A DNA stretch of 62,625 nt, counting the filler. It is 4 parts of 4 records of this genome, joined end to end, with 100 filler letters (N's around TTAATTAATTAA, not from the genome) between each part and the next. Parts side by side here need not be neighbours in the genome. Positions count along the whole stretch, not along the records: positions 1 to 31,924 come from SRR31156797_8400; positions 32,025 to 42,940 come from SRR31156797_8414; 2 more parts are not named here. One strand, 5' to 3'. The position numbers and the translations under genes were made by a program. A model generated the notes under the pieces. It saw only the letters and a list, made by a program, of their open reading frames with translations. It did not search any database and was not told where the DNA came from. Below are positions 30,146-39,498 of this stretch, in pieces (the first letter of the stretch is position 1; the number at the start of each line of letters is the position of its first letter).

Positions 30146-31516
30146 TTAGATTGATAATTCAGTCTTGAAATCATTTGCTTTAATATATTTCGAATAAACA
30201 TAAAGAAGAATAATTTCTGCTCCAATCCACGCAAAAATCTCTCCGAAGAAAATACCCGACATACCAATGATTTTTGTTAAAAAGATAGCACATAATACTC
30301 TCATAATGACTTGCATTATACTTGATATCATTGGAACAACTGCATTTCCTACACCTTGAAGACATGCACGTGTTACGTACATTATGTACAATACTGGGAA
30401 GAATATTGATAGGATTATCAAAAACTGATAACCAATATTGATAGCTTGATTAGCTGCGTATGTATTGCTTGATACAAAAGTACCTAATATGAATCTACCG
30501 AAAAATACCATAATTGCTGACATTAATAATGCTGTTGCAATACTCATTACTATAGATGCACGTAATCCTTTTTTTACTCTATGATATTGTTTAGCACCAT
30601 GATTTTGACCAGCGAAGGAGGTCATCGCATATCCAAAGGAAGTGGCGGGTATTTCTAATAATCCATATAATTTATGCGCAGCAGTATAGCCAGCAATAAA
30701 CAACACACCAAAACCATTGATTACAGACTGCACAAATAGTCCGCCTATTGATGTGATAATGTTTTGAAAACCCATTATTCCACCTAATTTCATTTGTTGA
30801 ATAAAAAGCGGTAAATCGACTTTGAATTCTGATTTGTTGAATGATAGTAATTTAATTTTTAGTAATTTTATAATGCAGAATACAAGTGCTATTAATTGTG
30901 CAAGAACAGTAGCAACTGCCGCACCTTTAACGCCCCATCCAAACGATATTACAAATAATATATCTAAAGCAATGTTTGATATTGATGCGATTATCATAGC
31001 TTTCAAGGGTGTTTTTGAGTTGCCCAATGCTCTTAATATTGCAGCAACCATATTGTACAATAATGATATGGGTATAGCTGCATACAATATTTTCAAATAC
31101 ACTTTTGATAACATAATAACTTGATTAGGAGTATTAAGTACTTGCAAAGCTGGCATAATAATTAACTGCCCGATTATTGTAAGTATAATTGATGCACATA
31201 TTACAAATATTGATGCATTTGTAACTGTTTTTTTTACTATGATATAATTTGATGAACCGAAATAATGTGATGTCTTTACACTAAATCCTTGAGTTATTCC
31301 CTGAATAAATCCGAATAGCATAAAAGTGAGCCAGGAAGTAGCACCTAGTGCGGCAAGTGCTTCAATACCGCATACTCTCCCTACTATCAATGTGTCTGAA
31401 AAGGTATATAGCTGCTGAAAAACGTTACCAATCATCAATGGTAATGCAAATTTTAATATCAGCTTATATTCGCCTCCTGAGGTCATATCTCTTGTTCCTG
31501 TGTTTGTTTGGCTCAT
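30146..31516 (-). CDS. MATE family efflux transporter
   Basis: DMTSG, FALPLMIGNVFQQLY..DT.IVG, ALGNSKTPL, FAGQN.GA; ATG 31516 after AGGAG. Confidence 0.93.
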   Translation of the reverse strand: MSQTNTGTRDMTSGGEYKLILKFALPLMIGNVFQQLYTFSDTLIVGRVCGIEALAALGATSWLTFMLFGFIQGITQGFSVKTSHYFGSSNYIIVKKTVTNASIFVICASIILTIIGQLIIMPALQVLNTPNQVIMLSKVYLKILYAAIPISLLYNMVAAILRALGNSKTPLKAMIIASISNIALDILFVISFGWGVKGAAVATVLAQLIALVFCIIKLLKIKLLSFNKSEFKVDLPLFIQQMKLGGIMGFQNIITSIGGLFVQSVINGFGVLFIAGYTAAHKLYGLLEIPATSFGYAMTSFAGQNHGAKQYHRVKKGLRASIVMSIATALLMSAIMVFFGRFILGTFVSSNTYAANQAINIGYQFLIILSIFFPVLYIMYVTRACLQGVGNAVVPMISSIMQVIMRVLCAIFLTKIIGMSGIFFGEIFAWIGAEIILLYVYSKYIKANDFKTELSI

Positions 31517-31824
31517 ATAGCTCCTGTATTGATACCGCTTGTACTTTTTAATATCATTATATCCTAATACAAGCAATAAATGATAATATATAATATATTA
31601 CTAATGTCAACTTTTGCTGTATTTTTATATTCATTTTAGCTTAACAAAGTAATTATATGTCAAATTCTAACACTTTGTAGTTTGATTATACTAAATATGC
31701 CTATATTTATCAAAAAGTTTCGAATTTGATCTATTCAAAGATATCACTATGTTACTAGTAAGTTTAATCTAATAATTTTAGTTGAAACCACTCCAGATTA
31801 CTATTAAAATTCAAATTTATATAT

Positions 31825-31857
31825 AAAAAATAAAGCCCATATCCCAATGGGATATGG
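31825..31857 (-). terminator. Terminator downstream of the tRNA
   Basis: CCATATCCC-AAT-GGGATATGG stem with an A-run, just after the tRNA CCA. Confidence 0.7.
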
Positions 31858-31863
31858 ACTATT

Positions 31864-31924
31864 TGGTAGCGATGACGGGACTCGAACCTGTGACACTCCG
31901 GGTATGAACCGAATGCTCTAGCCA
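31864..31924 (-). tRNA. tRNA-Met(CAT), probably elongator, 5' end cut by the contig end
   Basis: Reverse complement TGGCTAGAGCATTCGG-TTCATAC-CCGGAGTGTCACAGGTTCGAGTCCCGTCATCGCTACCA: anticodon loop, GTTCGA T-loop, encoded CCA. Confidence 0.9.
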
Positions 31925-32024
31925 NNNNNNNNNNNNNNNNNNNNNNNNNNNNNNNNNNNNNNNNNNNNTTAATTAATTAANNNNNNNNNNNNNNNNNNNN
32001 NNNNNNNNNNNNNNNNNNNNNNNN
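31925..32024. other. Artificial contig linker
   Basis: N44-TTAATTAATTAA-N44 (stops in all six frames). Confidence 0.99.
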
Positions 32025-32051
32025 GGGTTACGCTTCGCTAACCCAACCTAC
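32025..32051 (-). repeat. GTAG-type REP-like palindrome, cut by the contig end
   Basis: Minus strand GTAG-GTTGGGTTAGCGAAGCGTAACCC: GTAG foot plus GC-rich hairpin. Confidence 0.6.
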
Positions 32052-32255
32052 GGGGAGAATACAATAAAGTATTTCCGGGAAATAAAAATACAATTGGTTA
32101 TCGGACAGTCAGCAACGAATCTGTTTTAAGAATAAATATTATAAGTAGCGATAAAGGCGTCTAATAATTCAGGACTAGGACTTTCACAAAAATTAGGTTG
32201 GACAACCAATAAATAAATTATAATTGACTATTATCAAAATCAAAGGAGGCGGACC

Positions 32256-33524
32256 ATGAAAGAAGATCCACAAGAGGTCAAAAAGAAAATCCTGGATGAC
32301 TTTGGAACATTTATCAACCCGATGAAAGTCCGGACCATGAAAAACGCCGGCTTGGACATCCTGGAAGAAAAGCGCCTGGGAGCTTCTGTTTGGGACATAA
32401 CCGGAAAGAAATACATAGATTGCCAGACAGGGTCGGGCATAATGAATGTCGGACGCGGCAATCCCGAAATAGCGGCTGTTCTGAAAGAAGCGTTAGATAA
32501 TTACGATATCGGCGTTTTTTTGCTGTGCTCAAAACAAAAAGCCGAACTGGCCGCCAAACTGGCTGAAATAACTCCCGGCGACCTCAAATGCTCCGTTTTC
32601 GGCGTGGGCGGCGGCGAAGCCGTGGATGCGGCCATAAAAATCGCCCGCGGCTACACCATGAAAACCAAGATTATCTATGCCGACAAGTCGTACCACGGAC
32701 ATACCGGTTTCGCCCTTTCCGCCATTGGCCGGGAAGCATACAAGGAACCCTTCGGCCCGCTGATGCCCGATTTTGTCAAGGTCCCCTTCGGCGACATTGC
32801 GGCCGTCGAAAAGGCCGTGGACGATGATACCGCCGGCGTTATCCTGGAACCCATCCAGGGGGAAGGCGGCATAAACGTGCCTCCGGACGACTACCTGCCG
32901 GCGGTCCGGAGTATATGCGACCAGCATGAAGCCGTCATGATCCTGGATGAAATACAGACCGGCCTGGCCCGCACCGGTAAAATGTTTGCGTCCGAACACT
33001 GGAACGTAGTCCCTGACATAATGACTTTGGCCAAATCCCTGGGCGGAGGCCTATATCCCATTTCGGCCACAATATTCAAGGAAGAATTTCAGGATTTCTT
33101 CATCCCGCATCCGTTCATACATCTGTCCACGTTCGGCGGATCAGATTTAGGGTGCATTGTGGGCCTGGCCGCGATTGACTATATTCAGAAAAACAACCTG
33201 GCCGAACATGCTGAAAAAATGGGGTTGCGCTTCAGGCAGGGATTTGACTCCATGCTTGAAAAATACAACGGCCTGCTGTTGGAAGTTCGCCAAAAAGGAT
33301 TGATGATGGGCCTTCAATACACCAATGAGTCGATCGGGCCGCGAATGACCAAAAAACTTTCGGAAAGGGGAGTCATAGCCGTGTACACCGGTAACGATCC
33401 TAGCATCTGCAGGCTCATGCCGCCCCTGGTCATTAGTCCGGAAGAAGTGGATTTTGTCTTAAACGCCCTTGAAGACGCCATGAAGGAATTGTCGACCGAA
33501 GGCGGGCTAGGCAAGGACGATTGA
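32256..33524 (+). CDS. Class III PLP aminotransferase (putrescine/acetylornithine aminotransferase-like)
   Basis: GGGEAVDAAIKIAR, SYHGHT, LEPIQGEGG, DEIQTGLAR, TLAKSLGGG, STFGG. Confidence 0.93.
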   Translation: MKEDPQEVKKKILDDFGTFINPMKVRTMKNAGLDILEEKRLGASVWDITGKKYIDCQTGSGIMNVGRGNPEIAAVLKEALDNYDIGVFLLCSKQKAELAAKLAEITPGDLKCSVFGVGGGEAVDAAIKIARGYTMKTKIIYADKSYHGHTGFALSAIGREAYKEPFGPLMPDFVKVPFGDIAAVEKAVDDDTAGVILEPIQGEGGINVPPDDYLPAVRSICDQHEAVMILDEIQTGLARTGKMFASEHWNVVPDIMTLAKSLGGGLYPISATIFKEEFQDFFIPHPFIHLSTFGGSDLGCIVGLAAIDYIQKNNLAEHAEKMGLRFRQGFDSMLEKYNGLLLEVRQKGLMMGLQYTNESIGPRMTKKLSERGVIAVYTGNDPSICRLMPPLVISPEEVDFVLNALEDAMKELSTEGGLGKDD

Positions 33525-33566
33525 TCTAAAAGCCATCAGGGTTAAGTAAATATCAGGAGGATGTTC

Positions 33567-33926
33567 ATGGCGACTTCACAGGAAATCATGGAAGCTTTGG
33601 CGGACTACACGGTTCAATGCAACAATAACAAGAGGCTGCGCCGCATGCAGAGGGATTGGAGCAAGATAATCCACTTCATGGCCGAAGACACGGGGGATGC
33701 ATTTACCATGAACGTGGTAAAAGGCGAAATTATTTCAACTGAAACGGGCGCGGTCGGAACGCCTGACGTTATAATCACCGCTCATAGTGAAGACATGTGC
33801 GACATGTTCTGGGGAGACCTCAATCCATCTCAAAAATACCTGGACGGCGAAATCAAGGTCAAGGCCAGCCAGGAAGACGTGGTCCGCATCGATGCCATAA
33901 CCATGATCATCTGGCCTGATGTTTAG
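33567..33926 (+). CDS. SCP2 sterol/lipid-binding domain protein
   Basis: PDVIITA...DMFWGDLNPSQKYLDGEIKVK pattern typical of the SCP2 C-terminus; AGGAGG RBS. Confidence 0.78.
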   Translation: MATSQEIMEALADYTVQCNNNKRLRRMQRDWSKIIHFMAEDTGDAFTMNVVKGEIISTETGAVGTPDVIITAHSEDMCDMFWGDLNPSQKYLDGEIKVKASQEDVVRIDAITMIIWPDV

Positions 33927-33935
33927 GAGGGCGCC

Positions 33936-35366
33936 GTGGAAATGCAACTTCGCAAGGTCTTGAAACTCCGAACAGTTATTTCCACTGCCGCGGGCATGGC
34001 CATGGCCACGTCCTGTTACCTGGCCGGCCTGCAGGTCGCCATAATTACGGCCGGAGAACTGGCCTGGATATCGATCCTCACGGCAGGCGCCTTGTGCCTG
34101 CTTTCGGCCATGTGCTTTTCGGAACTCACAGCCCTGTATCCCACGGCCGCGGGCATAAAACTCTTTATCCAGAACGCTTTTAATGAAAAGTCGGCCATAG
34201 CTATCGGCATGTTCTATGTCATCCTGGGCATATCCATGGTCGGCGCGGAAAGCTACCTTTTATCGAGCGTGCTCCTCGAAACAGTGGGCATAATTATCGA
34301 TCCATTGGCCGACCGTTTTATCTGGCAGACCATTTTCATTATTCTTGTCGGATACATAAATTATCGCGGCGTGCAGATTACCGGGCGTTTGCAGGACTTT
34401 CTGACCTATTCCATGCTCGCCTTTCTGATAATCATTTCCATTTACACCTTCACTTCCCATGGATTGGACATGTCCGCCGCCCTGGACAGCCCGCGTTTAA
34501 CGGTCGAAAATGTTTTAAACGCGGCGGCAGTTGGCGTATTTCTTTATGTTGGCTTTGAATGGGTCACGCCGTTGGCCGAAGAAACAACAGATTACCGGCT
34601 TATCGGCAAGGGCATGATGTACGCGATCGGTCTGCTGTCCATTACTTACGCCCTGTTTGTAACCGCCATGTATTCCGGGCTGACCGAAGAACAGTTGAGC
34701 AGCGGAACCAGCATCCCCCATATACTTTTCGCCCGGAACATTCTCGGTCCTGCCGGAGGCGTCCTGTTCATAATCATGAGTATTGTCGCCTCGGTCACTT
34801 CATTCAACGCGGGCCTGCTCAATACATCAAGATTCACATACGCCATGGCCCGGGACAACACCCTGCCGCGCTTTCTGACAAAATTACACCCCGACCACGC
34901 CACTCCCTGGGCGGCCATCCTGGTCCTGATGATATTCGCGGCGTTCCTCAGCCTGGCTATTCTGCTGACCGGTCAATACCTGTTCATAATTGTCATGGCC
35001 GCTGCACTGGAATGCTTCATATACGTGGTTATGGCCGTGTGCGTGCTTCGATTGCGTAAAAGACGCCCGGATCAGGAAAGGTCTTTCAAAGTCCCCTTTG
35101 GACCGGTAATTCCCATCATCACGATTCTGGTCTTCACCGGATTGATGATCGGGCTTTTCGTCGACTCCACCAAGGACTATGCAGGCAATATCCTGTTTGA
35201 AAATTTCTGGGTCGCCGGGGCCATGATAATATTTGCAGGCCTTTGCCTTCTTTACACCCTGACCGTTGTCCCGGCATTTAAAAAGGCTGCGGCGGCCCGG
35301 GCCGCAACCAGAAAAAAACGCCGCCCATCCAGGCGACCGGCGCCGGAAGAAACGGCCGAAATTTAA
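33936..35366 (+). CDS. APC-superfamily amino acid/amine permease
   Basis: CFSELTALYPTAAG, YVGFEW...AEE, SRFTYAMARD..LP, HP...TPW, R.FKVP; about 12 TM. Confidence 0.92.
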   Translation: MEMQLRKVLKLRTVISTAAGMAMATSCYLAGLQVAIITAGELAWISILTAGALCLLSAMCFSELTALYPTAAGIKLFIQNAFNEKSAIAIGMFYVILGISMVGAESYLLSSVLLETVGIIIDPLADRFIWQTIFIILVGYINYRGVQITGRLQDFLTYSMLAFLIIISIYTFTSHGLDMSAALDSPRLTVENVLNAAAVGVFLYVGFEWVTPLAEETTDYRLIGKGMMYAIGLLSITYALFVTAMYSGLTEEQLSSGTSIPHILFARNILGPAGGVLFIIMSIVASVTSFNAGLLNTSRFTYAMARDNTLPRFLTKLHPDHATPWAAILVLMIFAAFLSLAILLTGQYLFIIVMAAALECFIYVVMAVCVLRLRKRRPDQERSFKVPFGPVIPIITILVFTGLMIGLFVDSTKDYAGNILFENFWVAGAMIIFAGLCLLYTLTVVPAFKKAAAARAATRKKRRPSRRPAPEETAEI

Positions 35367-35403
35367 CAATTCAAAAATTCGGCGCCCAATCGGGCGCCGT
35401 TTT

Positions 35404-37806
35404 TTATCGCCCCGCTTCGGTTCGCACGTCCAGTTCCTTTCCATCCGTTATAAAGGTCGCCGCCCCATGCACGTCGGTCCTGTATATCCGGGCGCCGACC
35501 CGCCGGGTGTTATCAAGGGCCTTCCGGGTCGGGAAACCGAAACGGTTGTTTCGTCCTGCTGAAAAAACAACAATACGAGGACGGACCGCTTCCAGAAATT
35601 CAGCGGTCATGGAACCCGCGCTGCCGTGATGCGAAGCCAAAAGGACCGTGCTCTTCAGATCATCATGGCGATTCCGGACCAGCTCCAATTCCGCTTCCTC
35701 CTCTATATCGCCGGGAAAAAGGAAAGATACTCCTTCAAATTCAATTTTTAATACCAGGGAATTATTATTGTCCGACCCGGTGTGCGGCAGCATTTTTCCA
35801 TCTTTAAAACGTTCGACAGGCGGTCCCAAAGCCCTGACCCTGACCGATCCGAACAAGCGGGCCTGGTGAAGCGCTTCCAATCCCGGCTGCATAATTTTCA
35901 TGCTTTGAGCAATAGATAAAAGATTGCGGTGATGCGGGTCCATGGGCGGACAGGAATTTGTCCAAAGCTCCCTTGGACCGAATGTTCTCGCCAAATAAGG
36001 CAGGCCCCCGGAATGGTCTATATCGGGATGGGTCATTACCAAGATATCGACGCCGGTCAATCCCCGGGCCAGCAGGTACGGCCCCACGACCTTTTCTCCG
36101 GTGTCGAATTCCGACCCCGGAAATCCTCCGCCGTCAATCACCATATCGGTCCCGTCAGGCATGGAAATATGGGCCGAATTTCCCTGCCCGACATCCAATA
36201 TCGTGATCCTGAGTGCAGGATCCGAAGCCTCTATCAAAAACGGAACGATAAAGCTCAGGCCGCAAACCAATACAACGACCGCCGAAGCCGCCGCCGCCTT
36301 TTTCAATGGCTGGATAAAAAATATAATCAAAGTCAGAATGTAAAATGAAAAAATTATTATCAAGCCGGGTTTGGGCGCAACCGGGTTTATGCCCGGTAAA
36401 GCCGCCGCGGCCTCGATGGAAGGCAGAATTAGCCAGAGAGCAACCTCTATCCCATGTAATATTATTGAACCAAGCCATGGCCAGACCAGGCCGGCGGCCA
36501 GGGCAATGAGACCCGGCGGTACCACGAACAAGGAAATGAAAGGAGTAAAGACAATGTTGGCCGGCAGCGACAGTATCGGGATGCTGTTAAAATGGTAAAT
36601 CGCGATCGGTAATGTGCCTATCAGAGCCGTTATCGATACAACCGCCAGCCCCCATATCTTTGACAAAAGCCATAACCTTGCCTTTTTACCGTCATCTTTC
36701 CGTACCTTAAAAGGCGAACCCGGAAATCGGGGAACGAGAATTATAAGCGCGCCGGCCGCGGCAAAGGATAGCTGAAACGAAGCCTGAAATACGGCCGCCG
36801 GTTGCATGATAAGAATGATCCAGGCTGCGGCGGCCAGTGCGGTCAAGGAATCCTTCCTCCTTTCAATAAGCGCGGCCAGAAGGAAGATGCAAACCATTGT
36901 CGCCGCGCGCACGGTCGAAGGCCTGCCTCCGGCCAGCATTGCGTAAAATAACACCGGCCACAGGCTCAGCAGGGAGCAGAGCCGCCGGATATTAAACCTC
37001 ATCGCCAGCCTGGTAAAAAAACGCAGTATTATTTTTCGGATCAGTTTATAGGAAAGCAGTGCGACCAGGCCGATGTGCAAACCCGAGACAGCCAGCAGAT
37101 GGGCCAGTCCCAGTTTGCGGAATGCATCGCGTAAATCCGGCTCCAATTCATCCTGCACTCCCAGTAGCAAGGCCTTGACCAGCCCCCGGACCGGCTGGCC
37201 CACGGATCGGTCCATAAGAATCGAGGCCTTTGACCGTACGCCGGAAATAAAGCCCGGGGAAGCGGATTCGCCTTTTTTTGACGCCGGCATGATGAGTCTT
37301 GACGACTTTAAAAACGCAGACGCCCATACCCCCTGACCGGCCATGTACCTTTGGTAGTCAAAAGTCCCCGGATTTCGAAATGTGTTAATCTCTCTTAAAA
37401 CCGCCGGAAAGAGGATCCGGTCCCCTTCATTTATTCCATGTTTGAAGCCCGGAGTCGTAACCATGACCTTGCCCGAAACCGCACATCCGGTCCGGTCGGG
37501 ATATGTCGCTTCATCTACGTCGACAATAATGCGGGTGCGGTCCGCCGTTACCCTGGGCGGGGCGTCCACCCTTCCTCCAAAAACAAATCCCTCTTTATCA
37601 ATAAAACCTCTGACATGATTTGGCGCCTGAGGCGGGCAAAGGGCGGAATAGGATGAAACCGCGCCGGCCAGCACGCACAAAAGCGCCGCCGGTATATGGT
37701 AAGGCATTCTTTTAATTGAAAATATAATGGAGGATAGGGCGGCGGCAAACAAGACGGCGCTCCACGGCCACAGTCCGAAAGAAGAAAGCAACGGACCCGC
37801 GGTCAA
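35404..37806 (-). CDS. comEC: DNA internalization competence protein ComEC/Rec2
   Basis: NPGTFDY, HLLAVSGLH, SFQLSF, LDVGQG, THPDIDH, NNNSLVL, GDIE, HHGS; frame stays open up to a CTG at 37851 (xRPLL N-terminus), so the true start may be ~15 codons upstream. Confidence 0.95.
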   Translation of the reverse strand: MTAGPLLSSFGLWPWSAVLFAAALSSIIFSIKRMPYHIPAALLCVLAGAVSSYSALCPPQAPNHVRGFIDKEGFVFGGRVDAPPRVTADRTRIIVDVDEATYPDRTGCAVSGKVMVTTPGFKHGINEGDRILFPAVLREINTFRNPGTFDYQRYMAGQGVWASAFLKSSRLIMPASKKGESASPGFISGVRSKASILMDRSVGQPVRGLVKALLLGVQDELEPDLRDAFRKLGLAHLLAVSGLHIGLVALLSYKLIRKIILRFFTRLAMRFNIRRLCSLLSLWPVLFYAMLAGGRPSTVRAATMVCIFLLAALIERRKDSLTALAAAAWIILIMQPAAVFQASFQLSFAAAGALIILVPRFPGSPFKVRKDDGKKARLWLLSKIWGLAVVSITALIGTLPIAIYHFNSIPILSLPANIVFTPFISLFVVPPGLIALAAGLVWPWLGSIILHGIEVALWLILPSIEAAAALPGINPVAPKPGLIIIFSFYILTLIIFFIQPLKKAAAASAVVVLVCGLSFIVPFLIEASDPALRITILDVGQGNSAHISMPDGTDMVIDGGGFPGSEFDTGEKVVGPYLLARGLTGVDILVMTHPDIDHSGGLPYLARTFGPRELWTNSCPPMDPHHRNLLSIAQSMKIMQPGLEALHQARLFGSVRVRALGPPVERFKDGKMLPHTGSDNNNSLVLKIEFEGVSFLFPGDIEEEAELELVRNRHDDLKSTVLLASHHGSAGSMTAEFLEAVRPRIVVFSAGRNNRFGFPTRKALDNTRRVGARIYRTDVHGAATFITDGKELDVRTEAGR

Positions 37807-37910
37807 ACCGGCTGCATAAAAGGGCAGAAAAACAAGAAGAGGGCGATTCAGGCTAAAGCTTTTTATTTTTATTCATCCGCCCGGACGAGTGCACTCGCCC
37901 GGGCGATATT

Positions 37911-38231
37911 CTAATCGGGAGCGCCGTTTCCATCGAAAGCCCTCTTTAAACGTTGATCGAACTCGCGTTCCATTGCTTCCATCTGCAAGTGGAGTTCAAC
38001 CATTTTTCGGCGCATTTCCAAAATAACGCCTATCCCGGGCAGGTTAACGCCCAGGTCGGTCTTGAGTCTTTCGATCATGGCAATGGCTTCCACATCCACC
38101 GGTTTTAGAAGGCTCCTGCCTCCAACCCGGTGAAGCTCGATAAATCCCTCTTCTTCGTATATTCGAATAGTTCGCGTGGATATCCCGAATCTGCGTGCAA
38201 CCTGAGTTATGGTCAATATCGGCTTTGGCAT
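37911..38231 (-). CDS. MerR-family regulator (HspR/CbpM-like)
   Basis: TITQVARRFGISTRTIRIYEEEG, DLGVNLPGI; directly downstream of the DnaJ-class gene. Confidence 0.85.
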   Translation of the reverse strand: MPKPILTITQVARRFGISTRTIRIYEEEGFIELHRVGGRSLLKPVDVEAIAMIERLKTDLGVNLPGIGVILEMRRKMVELHLQMEAMEREFDQRLKRAFDGNGAPD

Positions 38232-38238
38232 TTTAATC

Positions 38239-39270
38239 TTAACTCCTCCGGACTTCCTGGGGGGCCAGGTCCTTGAGTTGCTCGAACAGCCCCCGGGCCT
38301 CGGAACTCAAATCCTTGGGAATGATAACTTTAACCGTCACATAAAGATCCCCGGACGGCTTCCCTTTGGAACCCTTGACCCCTTGTCCTTTAAGCCGGAA
38401 CTTGCCCCCGTTCTGCGTTCCCGGCGGTATCTTCAGGGCCGCCCTTCCCGTCAGGGTCGGGACTTCTATCTTACCCCCAAGAACAGCCTCGTAAAGAGTT
38501 ATTTCCGTTTCAAGCAAAATATCCTGCCCCTGCCTGCTGAATACGTTGTCAGGGGCTACTTCTACTTCTAAAAACAGGTCGCCGGCCGGCCCTCCGTTCT
38601 GCCCGGGCATGCCCTTTCCGGCCAGCCGAACTTTTGAACCGGTATCGACGCCCGCCGGTATGCGGGCTTTTAATTTTTCCCTTGTCGAAGTCCGTCCCCG
38701 TCCTCCGCAGGCAGGGCAAGGCTGCATCTGGTTTCCGACCACGGAAAATCCCTGGCCCTCGCAGGCGTTGCACAATGCCGGCCGGTCGAATTCCAAAGTG
38801 GTTTCCGTTCCGAATACGGCATCCCGAAAACCTATTTTCAGGCTGTAAGAAAGGTCGCCCCCGCGACGCGGGCCGGCCTGGAACTCAAATCCGCCTCCGC
38901 CCCGGTTAAAAGCGGTTCCGTAATCAAAACCGCCTCCGCCGCCCGCGGCCCGGGCCTGTCCTCCGAAAATATCACCGAATAAATCTTCAAAACTGAAACC
39001 CGTACTAAAATCCGGTCTCTCGTACCCGGCTCCGCCGAAAGCATTGTCGTAAAATGCCTGTTGGCCCAGGTTGTCGTACTCGGCCCTCTTGGCTTCGTTG
39101 CCGAGAATGTCGTGAGCCTCGGATATCTCCTTGAACTTTTCCTCGGCTTCCTTATCCCCGGGATTGACATCCGGATGATACTTTCTGGCCAGCTTGCGAT
39201 AAGCTTTTTTTATGTCTTCCTGAGACGCGTCCTTTGACAGCCCCAACACTTCATATGGATCGATATTCAT
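38239..39270 (-). CDS. DnaJ-class chaperone (J domain, G/F region, two CxxCxGxG, C-terminal domain)
   Basis: [36 protein letters not shown]. Confidence 0.93.
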   Translation of the reverse strand: MNIDPYEVLGLSKDASQEDIKKAYRKLARKYHPDVNPGDKEAEEKFKEISEAHDILGNEAKRAEYDNLGQQAFYDNAFGGAGYERPDFSTGFSFEDLFGDIFGGQARAAGGGGGFDYGTAFNRGGGGFEFQAGPRRGGDLSYSLKIGFRDAVFGTETTLEFDRPALCNACEGQGFSVVGNQMQPCPACGGRGRTSTREKLKARIPAGVDTGSKVRLAGKGMPGQNGGPAGDLFLEVEVAPDNVFSRQGQDILLETEITLYEAVLGGKIEVPTLTGRAALKIPPGTQNGGKFRLKGQGVKGSKGKPSGDLYVTVKVIIPKDLSSEARGLFEQLKDLAPQEVRRS

Positions 39271-39498
39271 GGCTAACTCTCAGCGTATATTGACGTTTTA
39301 AAAAAAATAGTAAGATCGGGACCGGCCGATGTCAAGGACCGATCCGCAAACCCGACCCGCTTGCGGTCGTCCAATGATTATAGTAAATTGAAAGACAAAT
39401 GATGCAGCATCCTCATAAAAAACGGCGAAGCGCTTCATATACCAGGGATATGTTAATGATTCCTGTAAACGACGGATCCGGCCCGGAGGGACGCATAA

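Noticed and set aside
25526-31924. Genomic island integrated at tRNA-Met
   Set aside because: No integrase and no duplicated tRNA 3' end noticed in contig 1
31969-31980. TTAATTAATTAA palindrome recurring three times within N runs
   Set aside because: Synthetic six-frame-stop linker, not biological
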